Shown piece by piece: positions 13,978 through 26,926 of a stretch of 51,533 bases of DNA. Location of the stretch: the NCBI GenBank assembly GCA_002269645.1, contig NIVC01003459.1:1-51533 (forward strand), in the 5' to 3' direction. The stretch's first letter is position 1, and each line of letters begins with the position of its first letter. The notes beneath the pieces were generated by a model, which saw only the letters and a list, made by a program, of their open reading frames with translations, did no database searches and was not told where the DNA came from. Origin of the DNA: Macrostomum lignano. Lineage: Eukaryota. The position numbers and the translations under genes were made by a program.

Positions 13978-14150
13978 TTAGGCTGCGTTAACTGCTGTAG
14001 CAATAGAGCCTGCTGCTGCACCTGCCTGTTCTATGAAAGGTAGATTTGTCTTTTACTAAGTTTGATATGGTGCTTATAGTATCAAAAAAGACCTTCTCCA
14101 TTATACTCTAGTGGTTCGCCTATTGTATAGTCTTCGTGGTGCGCTTCGTG
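13978..14150 (-). pseudogene. Decayed paralogue of the pVI-like gene
   Basis: With two 1-bp corrections reads YNGEG-LFDTISTISNLVKDNLPFIEQAGAAAGSIATAVNAA*. Confidence 0.45.
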
Positions 14151-14162
14151 TCTTTTTAGAAA

Positions 14163-14310
14163 GGGGGGTGAACACAATAGACTAGCATGAGACGCTCCTA
14201 TTGGTTGCCAAAACCAAAACTTTTTTGGCAGAAATTTTGGTCGCAAGATTTGGCAGAAATTTTGGCAGAAATTTTGGCAGCCAATAGCAATGTTCAGTGC
14301 TGCGGTTATG
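14163..14310. promoter_or_regulatory. Sub-terminal CCAAT/TTGGCA module; diverged duplicate of the ITR module at 14562-14699
   Basis: GGGTGAACACAA...CTCCTATTGG.TGCCAAAACC...(TTTTGGCAGAAA)n...GCAGCCAATAG..ATGTT.AGTGCTGCGGTTA occurs in both. The regulatory role is inferred. Confidence 0.5.
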
Positions 14311-14325
14311 TATAGTTAGTTTGGT

Positions 14326-15224
14326 GAGTTCCTGCGAGAGCCTATTTGACCATACGCTTCACTCAGTGTGGGTTTCGCACGACGTTAAAGCTGAGTCACA
14401 ATATAAAAATTGCTTTGAGGAGAATTTCTCCTGCTATTTGTTCCATTTTTAAGATACATAATTTAGAAAAGGGTTAGTGAAATCGTCCGTAGGTAGGGTC
14501 GCGAGCATTGTTCGTTTGTAACTTGCGTGGCCCACTTCATGTCTTTTTTACAGCTAGATAGAGGGTGAACACAAAAGATTTGCACGAGCCACTCCTATTG
14601 GATGCCAAAACCAAACACTTTTTGGCAGAAATTTTGGCAAAAATTTTGGTTTTGGCAGAAATTTTGGCAGCCAATAGAAATGTTGAGTGCTGCGGTTAGT
14701 GCTCTAGTAGTCGAGTATGCATGCCACGAAAAATTTAAATTAGCGCTCCATGTTCTTGAATGTCTTCTATTATCTTTAAGTACAAATCTAGAACAGCATT
14801 AAAGCCATTTCAAAGCCTCGGGACAAAGCGAATGTGCAGGAGCAAATTATTGACTTTTGTAGAAGCATTGTATGCCTCGAGTGGACAATTTTTATGCATA
14901 GATGGTAGCTGACTGATCGTTAAAAGCAAAGCTAGTAAGATTGGCTTATTGAAGGGCGTTATGCAATGGGAGAAAAGACTATTATTAAATTTGATGCTAG
15001 TTTTGAAATGATGAAACCTGAAAATAGGTTATTTTAACCCACGAATGAAAAATTTCTTGTGGTTTTACTCACGAAATCGCGCAAAAAGCAATTTTTCAAA
15101 ACTTTTGAAAAATCACTAAAATCACTGTTTTCAGACAATTTTCACCTGTTTTTAGTCGATTTTTATCTGTTTTTTGTGATTTTTCAAAATGGGTTGCGCT
15201 CAAACCTACTTTTCCTATACTACT
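14326..15224 (-). repeat. Right ITR of copy A (899 bp)
   Basis: Reverse complement of 26029-26926 and direct match to 47809-48709. Confidence 0.96.
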
Positions 15225-18200
15225 GACTGCGTGCAAAATACAAGTGTACGGAAGCAGAATAACACGCCGTGAGCGTATTTTCGAACGCCTGTGCATGCGC
15301 GAGACTGCTTAATGTAGTTATTAGAAGGCAACTGCGCCTCTAGCTTCAACCGTGTCTATTTGTCTAAAGAAACTGACTGCGTGCAAAATACAAGTGTACG
15401 GAAGCAGAATAACACGCCGTGAGCGTATTTTCGAACGCCTGTGCATGCGCGAGACTGCTTAATGTAGTTATTAGAAGGCAACTGCGCCTCTAGCTTCAAC
15501 CGTGTCTATTTGTCTAAAGAAACTGACTGCGTGCAAAATACAAGTGTACGGAAGCAGAATAACACGCCGTGAGCGTATTTTCGAACGCCTGTGCATGCGC
15601 GAGACTGCTTGGTGTAGTTATTAGAAGGCAACTGCGCCTCTAGCTTCAACCGTGTCTATTTGTCTAAAGAAACTGACTGCGTGCAAAATACAAGTGTACG
15701 GAAGCAGAATAACACGCCGTGAGCGTATTTTCGAACGCCTGTGCATGCGCGAGACTGCTTAATGTAGTTATTAGAAGGCAACTGCGCCTCTAGCTTCAAC
15801 CGTGTCTATTTGTCTAAAGAAACTGACTGCGTGCAAAATACAAGTGTACGGAAGCAGAATAACACGCCGTGAGCGTATTTTCGAACGCCTGTGCATGCGC
15901 GAGACTGCTTAATGTAGTTATTAGAAGGCAACTGCGCCTCTAGCTTCAACCGTGTCTATTTGTCTAAAGAAACTGACTGCGTGCAAAATACAAGTGTACG
16001 GAAGCAGAATAACACGCCGTGAGCGTATTTTCGAACGCCTGTGCATGCGCGAGACTGCTTAATGTAGTTATTAGAAGGCAACTGCGCCTCTAGCTTCAAC
16101 CGTGTCTATTTGTCTAAAGAAACTGACTGCGTGCAAAATACAAGTGTACGGAAGCAGAATAACACGCCGTGAGCGTATTTTCGAACGCCTGTGCATGCGC
16201 GAGACTGCTTGGTGTAGTTATTAGAAGGCAACTGCGCCTCTAGCTTCAACCGTGTCTATTTGTCTAAAGAAACTGACTGCGTGCAAAATACAAGTGTACG
16301 GAAGCAGAATAACACGCCGTGAGCGTATTTTCGAACGCCTGTGCATGCGCGAGACTGCTTAATGTAGTTATTAGAAGGCAACTGCGCCTCTAGCTTCAAC
16401 CGTGTCTATTTGTCTAAAGAAACTGACTGCGTGCAAAATACAAGTGTACGGAAGCAGAATAACACGCCGTGAGCGTATTTTCGAACGCCTGTGCATGCGC
16501 GAGACTGCTTGGTGTAGTTATTAGAAGGCAACTGCGCCTCTAGCTTCAACCGTGTCTATTTGTCTAAAGAAACTGACTGCGTGCAAAATACAAGTGTACG
16601 GAAGCAGAATAACACGCCGTGAGCGTATTTTCGAACGCCTGTGCATGCGCGAGACTGCTTGGTGTAGTTATTAGAAGGCAACTGCGCCTCTAGCTTCAAC
16701 CGTGTCTATTTGTCTAAAGAAACTGACTGCGTGCAAAATACAAGTGTACGGAAGCAGAATAACACGCCGTGAGCGTATTTTCGAACGCCTGTGCATGCGC
16801 GAGACTGCTTGGTGTAGTTATTAGAAGGCAACTGCGCCTCTAGCTTCAACCGTGTCTATTTGTCTAAAGAAACTGACTGCGTGCAAAATACAAGTGTACG
16901 GAAGCAGAATAACACGCCGTGAGCGTATTTTCGAACGCCTGTGCATGCGCGAGACTGCTTGGTGTAGTTATTAGAAGGCAACTGCGCCTCTAGCTTCAAC
17001 CGTGTCTATTTGTCTAAAGAAACTGACTGCGTGCAAAATACAAGTGTACGGAAGCAGAATAACACGCCGTGAGCGTATTTTCGAACGCCTGTGCATGCGC
17101 GAGACTGCTTGGTGTAGTTATTAGAAGGCAACTGCGCCTCTAGCTTCAACCGTGTCTATTTGTCTAAAGAAACTGACTGCGTGCAAAATACAAGTGTACG
17201 GAAGCAGAATAACACGCCGTGAGCGTATTTTCGAACGCCTGTGCATGCGCGAGACTGCTTGGTGTAGTTATTAGAAGGCAACTGCGCCTCTAGCTTCAAC
17301 CGTGTCTATTTGTCTAAAGAAACTGACTGCGTGCAAAATACAAGTGTACGGAAGCAGAATAACACGCCGTGAGCGTATTTTCGAACGCCTGTGCATGCGC
17401 GAGACTGCTTGGTGTAGTTATTAGAAGGCAACTGCGCCTCTAGCTTCAACCGTGTCTATTTGTCTAAAGAAACTGACTGCGTGCAAAATACAAGTGTACG
17501 GAAGCAGAATAACACGCCGTGAGCGTATTTTCGAACGCCTGTGCATGCGCGAGACTGCTTGGTGTAGTTATTAGAAGGCAACTGCGCCTCTAGCTTCAAC
17601 CGTGTCTATTTGTCTAAAGAAACTGACTGCGTGCAAAATACAAGTGTACGGAAGCAGAATAACACGCCGTGAGCGTATTTTCGAACGCCTGTGCATGCGC
17701 GAGACTGCTTGGTGTAGTTATTAGAAGGCAACTGCGCCTCTAGCTTCAACCGTGTCTATTTGTCTAAAGAAACTGACTGCGTGCAAAATACAAGTGTACG
17801 GAAGCAGAATAACACGCCGTGAGCGTATTTTCGAACGCCTGTGCATGCGCGAGACTGCTTGGTGTAGTTATTAGAAGGCAACTGCGCCTCTAGCTTCAAC
17901 CGTGTCTATTTGTCTAAAGAAACTGACTGCGTGCAAAATACAAGTGTACGGAAGCAGAATAACACGCCGTGAGCGTATTTTCGAACGCCTGTGCATGCGC
18001 GAGACTGCTTGGTGTAGTTATTAGAAGGCAACTGCGCCTCTAGCTTCAACCGTGTCTATTTGTCTAAAGAAACTGACTGCGTGCAAAATACAAGTGTACG
18101 GAAGCAGAATAACACGCCGTGAGCGTATTTTCGAACGCCTGTGCATGCGCGAGACTGCTTGGTGTAGTTATTAGAAGGCAACTGCGCCTCTAGCTTCAAC

Positions 18201-21200
18201 CGTGTCTATTTGTCTAAAGAAACTGACTGCGTGCAAAATACAAGTGTACGGAAGCAGAATAACACGCCGTGAGCGTATTTTCGAACGCCTGTGCATGCGC
18301 GAGACTGCTTGGTGTAGTTATTAGAAGGCAACTGCGCCTCTAGCTTCAACCGTGTCTATTTGTCTAAAGAAACTGACTGCGTGCAAAATACAAGTGTACG
18401 GAAGCAGAATAACACGCCGTGAGCGTATTTTCGAACGCCTGTGCATGCGCGAGACTGCTTGGTGTAGTTATTAGAAGGCAACTGCGCCTCTAGCTTCAAC
18501 CGTGTCTATTTGTCTAAAGAAACTGACTGCGTGCAAAATACAAGTGTACGGAAGCAGAATAACACGCCGTGAGCGTATTTTCGAACGCCTGTGCATGCGC
18601 GAGACTGCTTGGTGTAGTTATTAGAAGGCAACTGCGCCTCTAGCTTCAACCGTGTCTATTTGTCTAAAGAAACTGACTGCGTGCAAAATACAAGTGTACG
18701 GAAGCAGAATAACACGCCGTGAGCGTATTTTCGAACGCCTGTGCATGCGCGAGACTGCTTGGTGTAGTTATTAGAAGGCAACTGCGCCTCTAGCTTCAAC
18801 CGTGTCTATTTGTCTAAAGAAACTGACTGCGTGCAAAATACAAGTGTACGGAAGCAGAATAACACGCCGTGAGCGTATTTTCGAACGCCTGTGCATGCGC
18901 GAGACTGCTTGGTGTAGTTATTAGAAGGCAACTGCGCCTCTAGCTTCAACCGTGTCTATTTGTCTAAAGAAACTGACTGCGTGCAAAATACAAGTGTACG
19001 GAAGCAGAATAACACGCCGTGAGCGTATTTTCGAACGCCTGTGCATGCGCGAGACTGCTTGGTGTAGTTATTAGAAGGCAACTGCGCCTCTAGCTTCAAC
19101 CGTGTCTATTTGTCTAAAGAAACTGACTGCGTGCAAAATACAAGTGTACGGAAGCAGAATAACACGCCGTGAGCGTATTTTCGAACGCCTGTGCATGCGC
19201 GAGACTGCTTGGTGTAGTTATTAGAAGGCAACTGCGCCTCTAGCTTCAACCGTGTCTATTTGTCTAAAGAAACTGACTGCGTGCAAAATACAAGTGTACG
19301 GAAGCAGAATAACACGCCGTGAGCGTATTTTCGAACGCCTGTGCATGCGCGAGACTGCTTGGTGTAGTTATTAGAAGGCAACTGCGCCTCTAGCTTCAAC
19401 CGTGTCTATTTGTCTAAAGAAACTGACTGCGTGCAAAATACAAGTGTACGGAAGCAGAATAACACGCCGTGAGCGTATTTTCGAACGCCTGTGCATGCGC
19501 GAGACTGCTTGGTGTAGTTATTAGAAGGCAACTGCGCCTCTAGCTTCAACCGTGTCTATTTGTCTAAAGAAACTGACTGCGTGCAAAATACAAGTGTACG
19601 GAAGCAGAATAACACGCCGTGAGCGTATTTTCGAACGCCTGTGCATGCGCGAGACTGCTTGGTGTAGTTATTAGAAGGCAACTGCGCCTCTAGCTTCAAC
19701 CGTGTCTATTTGTCTAAAGAAACTGACTGCGTGCAAAATACAAGTGTACGGAAGCAGAATAACACGCCGTGAGCGTATTTTCGAACGCCTGTGCATGCGC
19801 GAGACTGCTTGGTGTAGTTATTAGAAGGCAACTGCGCCTCTAGCTTCAACCGTGTCTATTTGTCTAAAGAAACTGACTGCGTGCAAAATACAAGTGTACG
19901 GAAGCAGAATAACACGCCGTGAGCGTATTTTCGAACGCCTGTGCATGCGCGAGACTGCTTGGTGTAGTTATTAGAAGGCAACTGCGCCTCTAGCTTCAAC
20001 CGTGTCTATTTGTCTAAAGAAACTGACTGCGTGCAAAATACAAGTGTACGGAAGCAGAATAACACGCCGTGAGCGTATTTTCGAACGCCTGTGCATGCGC
20101 GAGACTGCTTGGTGTAGTTATTAGAAGGCAACTGCGCCTCTAGCTTCAACCGTGTCTATTTGTCTAAAGAAACTGACTGCGTGCAAAATACAAGTGTACG
20201 GAAGCAGAATAACACGCCGTGAGCGTATTTTCGAACGCCTGTGCATGCGCGAGACTGCTTGGTGTAGTTATTAGAAGGCAACTGCGCCTCTAGCTTCAAC
20301 CGTGTCTATTTGTCTAAAGAAACTGACTGCGTGCAAAATACAAGTGTACGGAAGCAGAATAACACGCCGTGAGCGTATTTTCGAACGCCTGTGCATGCGC
20401 GAGACTGCTTGGTGTAGTTATTAGAAGGCAACTGCGCCTCTAGCTTCAACCGTGTCTATTTGTCTAAAGAAACTGACTGCGTGCAAAATACAAGTGTACG
20501 GAAGCAGAATAACACGCCGTGAGCGTATTTTCGAACGCCTGTGCATGCGCGAGACTGCTTGGTGTAGTTATTAGAAGGCAACTGCGCCTCTAGCTTCAAC
20601 CGTGTCTATTTGTCTAAAGAAACTGACTGCGTGCAAAATACAAGTGTACGGAAGCAGAATAACACGCCGTGAGCGTATTTTCGAACGCCTGTGCATGCGC
20701 GAGACTGCTTGGTGTAGTTATTAGAAGGCAACTGCGCCTCTAGCTTCAACCGTGTCTATTTGTCTAAAGAAACTGACTGCGTGCAAAATACAAGTGTACG
20801 GAAGCAGAATAACACGCCGTGAGCGTATTTTCGAACGCCTGTGCATGCGCGAGACTGCTTGGTGTAGTTATTAGAAGGCAACTGCGCCTCTAGCTTCAAC
20901 CGTGTCTATTTGTCTAAAGAAACTGACTGCGTGCAAAATACAAGTGTACGGAAGCAGAATAACACGCCGTGAGCGTATTTTCGAACGCCTGTGCATGCGC
21001 GAGACTGCTTGGTGTAGTTATTAGAAGGCAACTGCGCCTCTAGCTTCAACCGTGTCTATTTGTCTAAAGAAACTGACTGCGTGCAAAATACAAGTGTACG
21101 GAAGCAGAATAACACGCCGTGAGCGTATTTTCGAACGCCTGTGCATGCGCGAGACTGCTTGGTGTAGTTATTAGAAGGCAACTGCGCCTCTAGCTTCAAC

Positions 21201-24200
21201 CGTGTCTATTTGTCTAAAGAAACTGACTGCGTGCAAAATACAAGTGTACGGAAGCAGAATAACACGCCGTGAGCGTATTTTCGAACGCCTGTGCATGCGC
21301 GAGACTGCTTGGTGTAGTTATTAGAAGGCAACTGCGCCTCTAGCTTCAACCGTGTCTATTTGTCTAAAGAAACTGACTGCGTGCAAAATACAAGTGTACG
21401 GAAGCAGAATAACACGCCGTGAGCGTATTTTCGAACGCCTGTGCATGCGCGAGACTGCTTGGTGTAGTTATTAGAAGGCAACTGCGCCTCTAGCTTCAAC
21501 CGTGTCTATTTGTCTAAAGAAACTGACTGCGTGCAAAATACAAGTGTACGGAAGCAGAATAACACGCCGTGAGCGTATTTTCGAACGCCTGTGCATGCGC
21601 GAGACTGCTTGGTGTAGTTATTAGAAGGCAACTGCGCCTCTAGCTTCAACCGTGTCTATTTGTCTAAAGAAACTGACTGCGTGCAAAATACAAGTGTACG
21701 GAAGCAGAATAACACGCCGTGAGCGTATTTTCGAACGCCTGTGCATGCGCGAGACTGCTTGGTGTAGTTATTAGAAGGCAACTGCGCCTCTAGCTTCAAC
21801 CGTGTCTATTTGTCTAAAGAAACTGACTGCGTGCAAAATACAAGTGTACGGAAGCAGAATAACACGCCGTGAGCGTATTTTCGAACGCCTGTGCATGCGC
21901 GAGACTGCTTGGTGTAGTTATTAGAAGGCAACTGCGCCTCTAGCTTCAACCGTGTCTATTTGTCTAAAGAAACTGACTGCGTGCAAAATACAAGTGTACG
22001 GAAGCAGAATAACACGCCGTGAGCGTATTTTCGAACGCCTGTGCATGCGCGAGACTGCTTGGTGTAGTTATTAGAAGGCAACTGCGCCTCTAGCTTCAAC
22101 CGTGTCTATTTGTCTAAAGAAACTGACTGCGTGCAAAATACAAGTGTACGGAAGCAGAATAACACGCCGTGAGCGTATTTTCGAACGCCTGTGCATGCGC
22201 GAGACTGCTTGGTGTAGTTATTAGAAGGCAACTGCGCCTCTAGCTTCAACCGTGTCTATTTGTCTAAAGAAACTGACTGCGTGCAAAATACAAGTGTACG
22301 GAAGCAGAATAACACGCCGTGAGCGTATTTTCGAACGCCTGTGCATGCGCGAGACTGCTTGGTGTAGTTATTAGAAGGCAACTGCGCCTCTAGCTTCAAC
22401 CGTGTCTATTTGTCTAAAGAAACTGACTGCGTGCAAAATACAAGTGTACGGAAGCAGAATAACACGCCGTGAGCGTATTTTCGAACGCCTGTGCATGCGC
22501 GAGACTGCTTGGTGTAGTTATTAGAAGGCAACTGCGCCTCTAGCTTCAACCGTGTCTATTTGTCTAAAGAAACTGACTGCGTGCAAAATACAAGTGTACG
22601 GAAGCAGAATAACACGCCGTGAGCGTATTTTCGAACGCCTGTGCATGCGCGAGACTGCTTGGTGTAGTTATTAGAAGGCAACTGCGCCTCTAGCTTCAAC
22701 CGTGTCTATTTGTCTAAAGAAACTGACTGCGTGCAAAATACAAGTGTACGGAAGCAGAATAACACGCCGTGAGCGTATTTTCGAACGCCTGTGCATGCGC
22801 GAGACTGCTTGGTGTAGTTATTAGAAGGCAACTGCGCCTCTAGCTTCAACCGTGTCTATTTGTCTAAAGAAACTGACTGCGTGCAAAATACAAGTGTACG
22901 GAAGCAGAATAACACGCCGTGAGCGTATTTTCGAACGCCTGTGCATGCGCGAGACTGCTTGGTGTAGTTATTAGAAGGCAACTGCGCCTCTAGCTTCAAC
23001 CGTGTCTATTTGTCTAAAGAAACTGACTGCGTGCAAAATACAAGTGTACGGAAGCAGAATAACACGCCGTGAGCGTATTTTCGAACGCCTGTGCATGCGC
23101 GAGACTGCTTGGTGTAGTTATTAGAAGGCAACTGCGCCTCTAGCTTCAACCGTGTCTATTTGTCTAAAGAAACTGACTGCGTGCAAAATACAAGTGTACG
23201 GAAGCAGAATAACACGCCGTGAGCGTATTTTCGAACGCCTGTGCATGCGCGAGACTGCTTGGTGTAGTTATTAGAAGGCAACTGCGCCTCTAGCTTCAAC
23301 CGTGTCTATTTGTCTAAAGAAACTGACTGCGTGCAAAATACAAGTGTACGGAAGCAGAATAACACGCCGTGAGCGTATTTTCGAACGCCTGTGCATGCGC
23401 GAGACTGCTTGGTGTAGTTATTAGAAGGCAACTGCGCCTCTAGCTTCAACCGTGTCTATTTGTCTAAAGAAACTGACTGCGTGCAAAATACAAGTGTACG
23501 GAAGCAGAATAACACGCCGTGAGCGTATTTTCGAACGCCTGTGCATGCGCGAGACTGCTTGGTGTAGTTATTAGAAGGCAACTGCGCCTCTAGCTTCAAC
23601 CGTGTCTATTTGTCTAAAGAAACTGACTGCGTGCAAAATACAAGTGTACGGAAGCAGAATAACACGCCGTGAGCGTATTTTCGAACGCCTGTGCATGCGC
23701 GAGACTGCTTGGTGTAGTTATTAGAAGGCAACTGCGCCTCTAGCTTCAACCGTGTCTATTTGTCTAAAGAAACTGACTGCGTGCAAAATACAAGTGTACG
23801 GAAGCAGAATAACACGCCGTGAGCGTATTTTCGAACGCCTGTGCATGCGCGAGACTGCTTGGTGTAGTTATTAGAAGGCAACTGCGCCTCTAGCTTCAAC
23901 CGTGTCTATTTGTCTAAAGAAACTGACTGCGTGCAAAATACAAGTGTACGGAAGCAGAATAACACGCCGTGAGCGTATTTTCGAACGCCTGTGCATGCGC
24001 GAGACTGCTTGGTGTAGTTATTAGAAGGCAACTGCGCCTCTAGCTTCAACCGTGTCTATTTGTCTAAAGAAACTGACTGCGTGCAAAATACAAGTGTACG
24101 GAAGCAGAATAACACGCCGTGAGCGTATTTTCGAACGCCTGTGCATGCGCGAGACTGCTTGGTGTAGTTATTAGAAGGCAACTGCGCCTCTAGCTTCAAC

Positions 24201-26028
24201 CGTGTCTATTTGTCTAAAGAAACTGACTGCGTGCAAAATACAAGTGTACGGAAGCAGAATAACACGCCGTGAGCGTATTTTCGAACGCCTGTGCATGCGC
24301 GAGACTGCTTGGTGTAGTTATTAGAAGGCAACTGCGCCTCTAGCTTCAACCGTGTCTATTTGTCTAAAGAAACTGACTGCGTGCAAAATACAAGTGTACG
24401 GAAGCAGAATAACACGCCGTGAGCGTATTTTCGAACGCCTGTGCATGCGCGAGACTGCTTGGTGTAGTTATTAGAAGGCAACTGCGCCTCTAGCTTCAAC
24501 CGTGTCTATTTGTCTAAAGAAACTGACTGCGTGCAAAATACAAGTGTACGGAAGCAGAATAACACGCCGTGAGCGTATTTTCGAACGCCTGTGCATGCGC
24601 GAGACTGCTTGGTGTAGTTATTAGAAGGCAACTGCGCCTCTAGCTTCAACCGTGTCTATTTGTCTAAAGAAACTGACTGCGTGCAAAATACAAGTGTACG
24701 GAAGCAGAATAACACGCCGTGAGCGTATTTTCGAACGCCTGTGCATGCGCGAGACTGCTTGGTGTAGTTATTAGAAGGCAACTGCGCCTCTAGCTTCAAC
24801 CGTGTCTATTTGTCTAAAGAAACTGACTGCGTGCAAAATACAAGTGTACGGAAGCAGAATAACACGCCGTGAGCGTATTTTCGAACGCCTGTGCATGCGC
24901 GAGACTGCTTGGTGTAGTTATTAGAAGGCAACTGCGCCTCTAGCTTCAACCGTGTCTATTTGTCTAAAGAAACTGACTGCGTGCAAAATACAAGTGTACG
25001 GAAGCAGAATAACACGCCGTGAGCGTATTTTCGAACGCCTGTGCATGCGCGAGACTGCTTGGTGTAGTTATTAGAAGGCAACTGCGCCTCTAGCTTCAAC
25101 CGTGTCTATTTGTCTAAAGAAACTGACTGCGTGCAAAATACAAGTGTACGGAAGCAGAATAACACGCCGTGAGCGTATTTTCGAACGCCTGTGCATGCGC
25201 GAGACTGCTTGGTGTAGTTATTAGAAGGCAACTGCGCCTCTAGCTTCAACCGTGTCTATTTGTCTAAAGAAACTGACTGCGTGCAAAATACAAGTGTACG
25301 GAAGCAGAATAACACGCCGTGAGCGTATTTTCGAACGCCTGTGCATGCGCGAGACTGCTTGGTGTAGTTATTAGAAGGCAACTGCGCCTCTAGCTTCAAC
25401 CGTGTCTATTTGTCTAAAGAAACTGACTGCGTGCAAAATACAAGTGTACGGAAGCAGAATAACACGCCGTGAGCGTATTTTCGAACGCCTGTGCATGCGC
25501 GAGACTGCTTAATGTAGTTATTAGAAGGCAACTGCGCCTCTAGCTTCAACCGTGTCTATTTGTCTAAAGAAACTGACTGCGTGCAAAATACAAGTGTACG
25601 GAAGCAGAATAACACGCCGTGAGCGTATTTTCGAACGCCTGTGCATGCGCGAGACTGCTTAATGTAGTTATTAGAAGGCAACTGCGCCTCTAGCTTCAAC
25701 CGTGTCTATTTGTCTAAAGAAACTGACTGCGTGCAAAATACAAGTACGGAAGCAGAATAACACGCCGTGAGCGTATTTTCGAACGCCTGTGCATGCGCGA
25801 GACTGCTTAATGTAGTTATTAGAAGGCAACTGCGCCTCTAGCTTCAACCGTGTCTATTTGTCTAAAGAAACTGACTGCGTGCAAAATACAAGTGTACGGA
25901 AGCAGAATAACACGCCGTGAGCGTATTTTCGAACGCCTGTGCATGCGCGAGACTGCTTAATGTAGTTATTAGAAGGCAACTGCGCCTCTAGCTTCAACCA
26001 TGTCTATTTGTCTAAAGAAACTGACTGC
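15225..26028. repeat. 150-bp satellite, 72 units plus terminal GACTGC
   Basis: Unit GACTGCGTGCAAAATAC...TCTAAAGAAACT recurs every 150 bp. One unit has a 2-bp deletion: 72x150 + 6 - 2 = 10804 bp. Confidence 0.98.
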
Positions 26029-26926
26029 AGTAGTATAGGAAAAGTAGGTTTGAGCGCAACCCATTTTGAAAAATCACAAAAAACAGATAAAAATCGACTA
26101 AAAACAGGTGAAAATTGTCTGAAAACAGTGATTTTAGTGATTTTTCAAAAGTTTTGAAAAATTGCTTTTTGCGCGATTTCGTGAGTAAAACCACAAGAAA
26201 TTTTTGATTCGTGGGTTAAAATAACCTATTTTCAGGTTTCATCATTTCAAAACTAGCATCAAATTTAATATAGTCTTTTCTCCCATTGCATAACGCCCTT
26301 CAATAAGCCAATCTTACTAGCTTTGCTTTTAACGATCAGTCAGCTACCATCTATGCATAAAAATTGTCCACTCGAGGCATACAATGCTTCTACAAAAGTC
26401 AATAATTTGCTCCTGCACATTCGCTTTGTCCCGAGGCTTTGAAATGGCTTTAATGCTGTTCTAGATTTGTACTTAAAGATAATAGAAGACATTCAAGAAC
26501 ATGGAGCGCTAATTTAAATTTTTCGTGGCATGCATACTCGACTACTAGAGCACTAACCGCAGCACTCAACATTTCTATTGGCTGCCAAAATTTCTGCCAA
26601 AACCAAAATTTTTGCCAAAATTTCTGCCAAAAAGTGTTTGGTTTTGGCATCCAATAGGAGTGGCTCGTGCAAATCTTTTGTGTTCACCCTCTATCTAGCT
26701 GTAAAAAAGACATGAAGTGGGCCACGCAAGTTACAAACGAACAATGCTCGCGACCCTACCTACGGACGATTTCACTAACCCTTTTCTAAATTATGTATCT
26801 TAAAAATGGAACAAATAGCAGGAGAAATTCTCCTCAAAGCAATTTTTATATTGTGACTCAGCTTTAACGTCGTGCGAAACCCACACTGAGTGAAGCGTAT
26901 GGTCAAATAGGCTCTCGCAGGAACTC
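26029..26926 (+). repeat. Left ITR of copy B (898 bp)
   Basis: AGTAGTATAGG...GCAGGAACTC, inverted relative to both right ITRs. Confidence 0.96.

Noticed and set aside
14602-15296. Short ORFs within ITRs (also 26012-26650 and 47957-48855)
   Set aside because: Low-complexity translations of 12-bp repeats and A/T tracts, with no protein-like features.
15225-26028. CRISPR array or tandem RNA-gene array
   Set aside because: There are no unique spacers. Minus-strand bits resemble tRNA-Arg (GCGCAGTTGCCTTCTAA, GTTCGAA), but no canonical D-stem, 7-nt anticodon loop or T-arm forms. No 5S, SL or snRNA signature was recognised. tRNAscan/Infernal would settle it.
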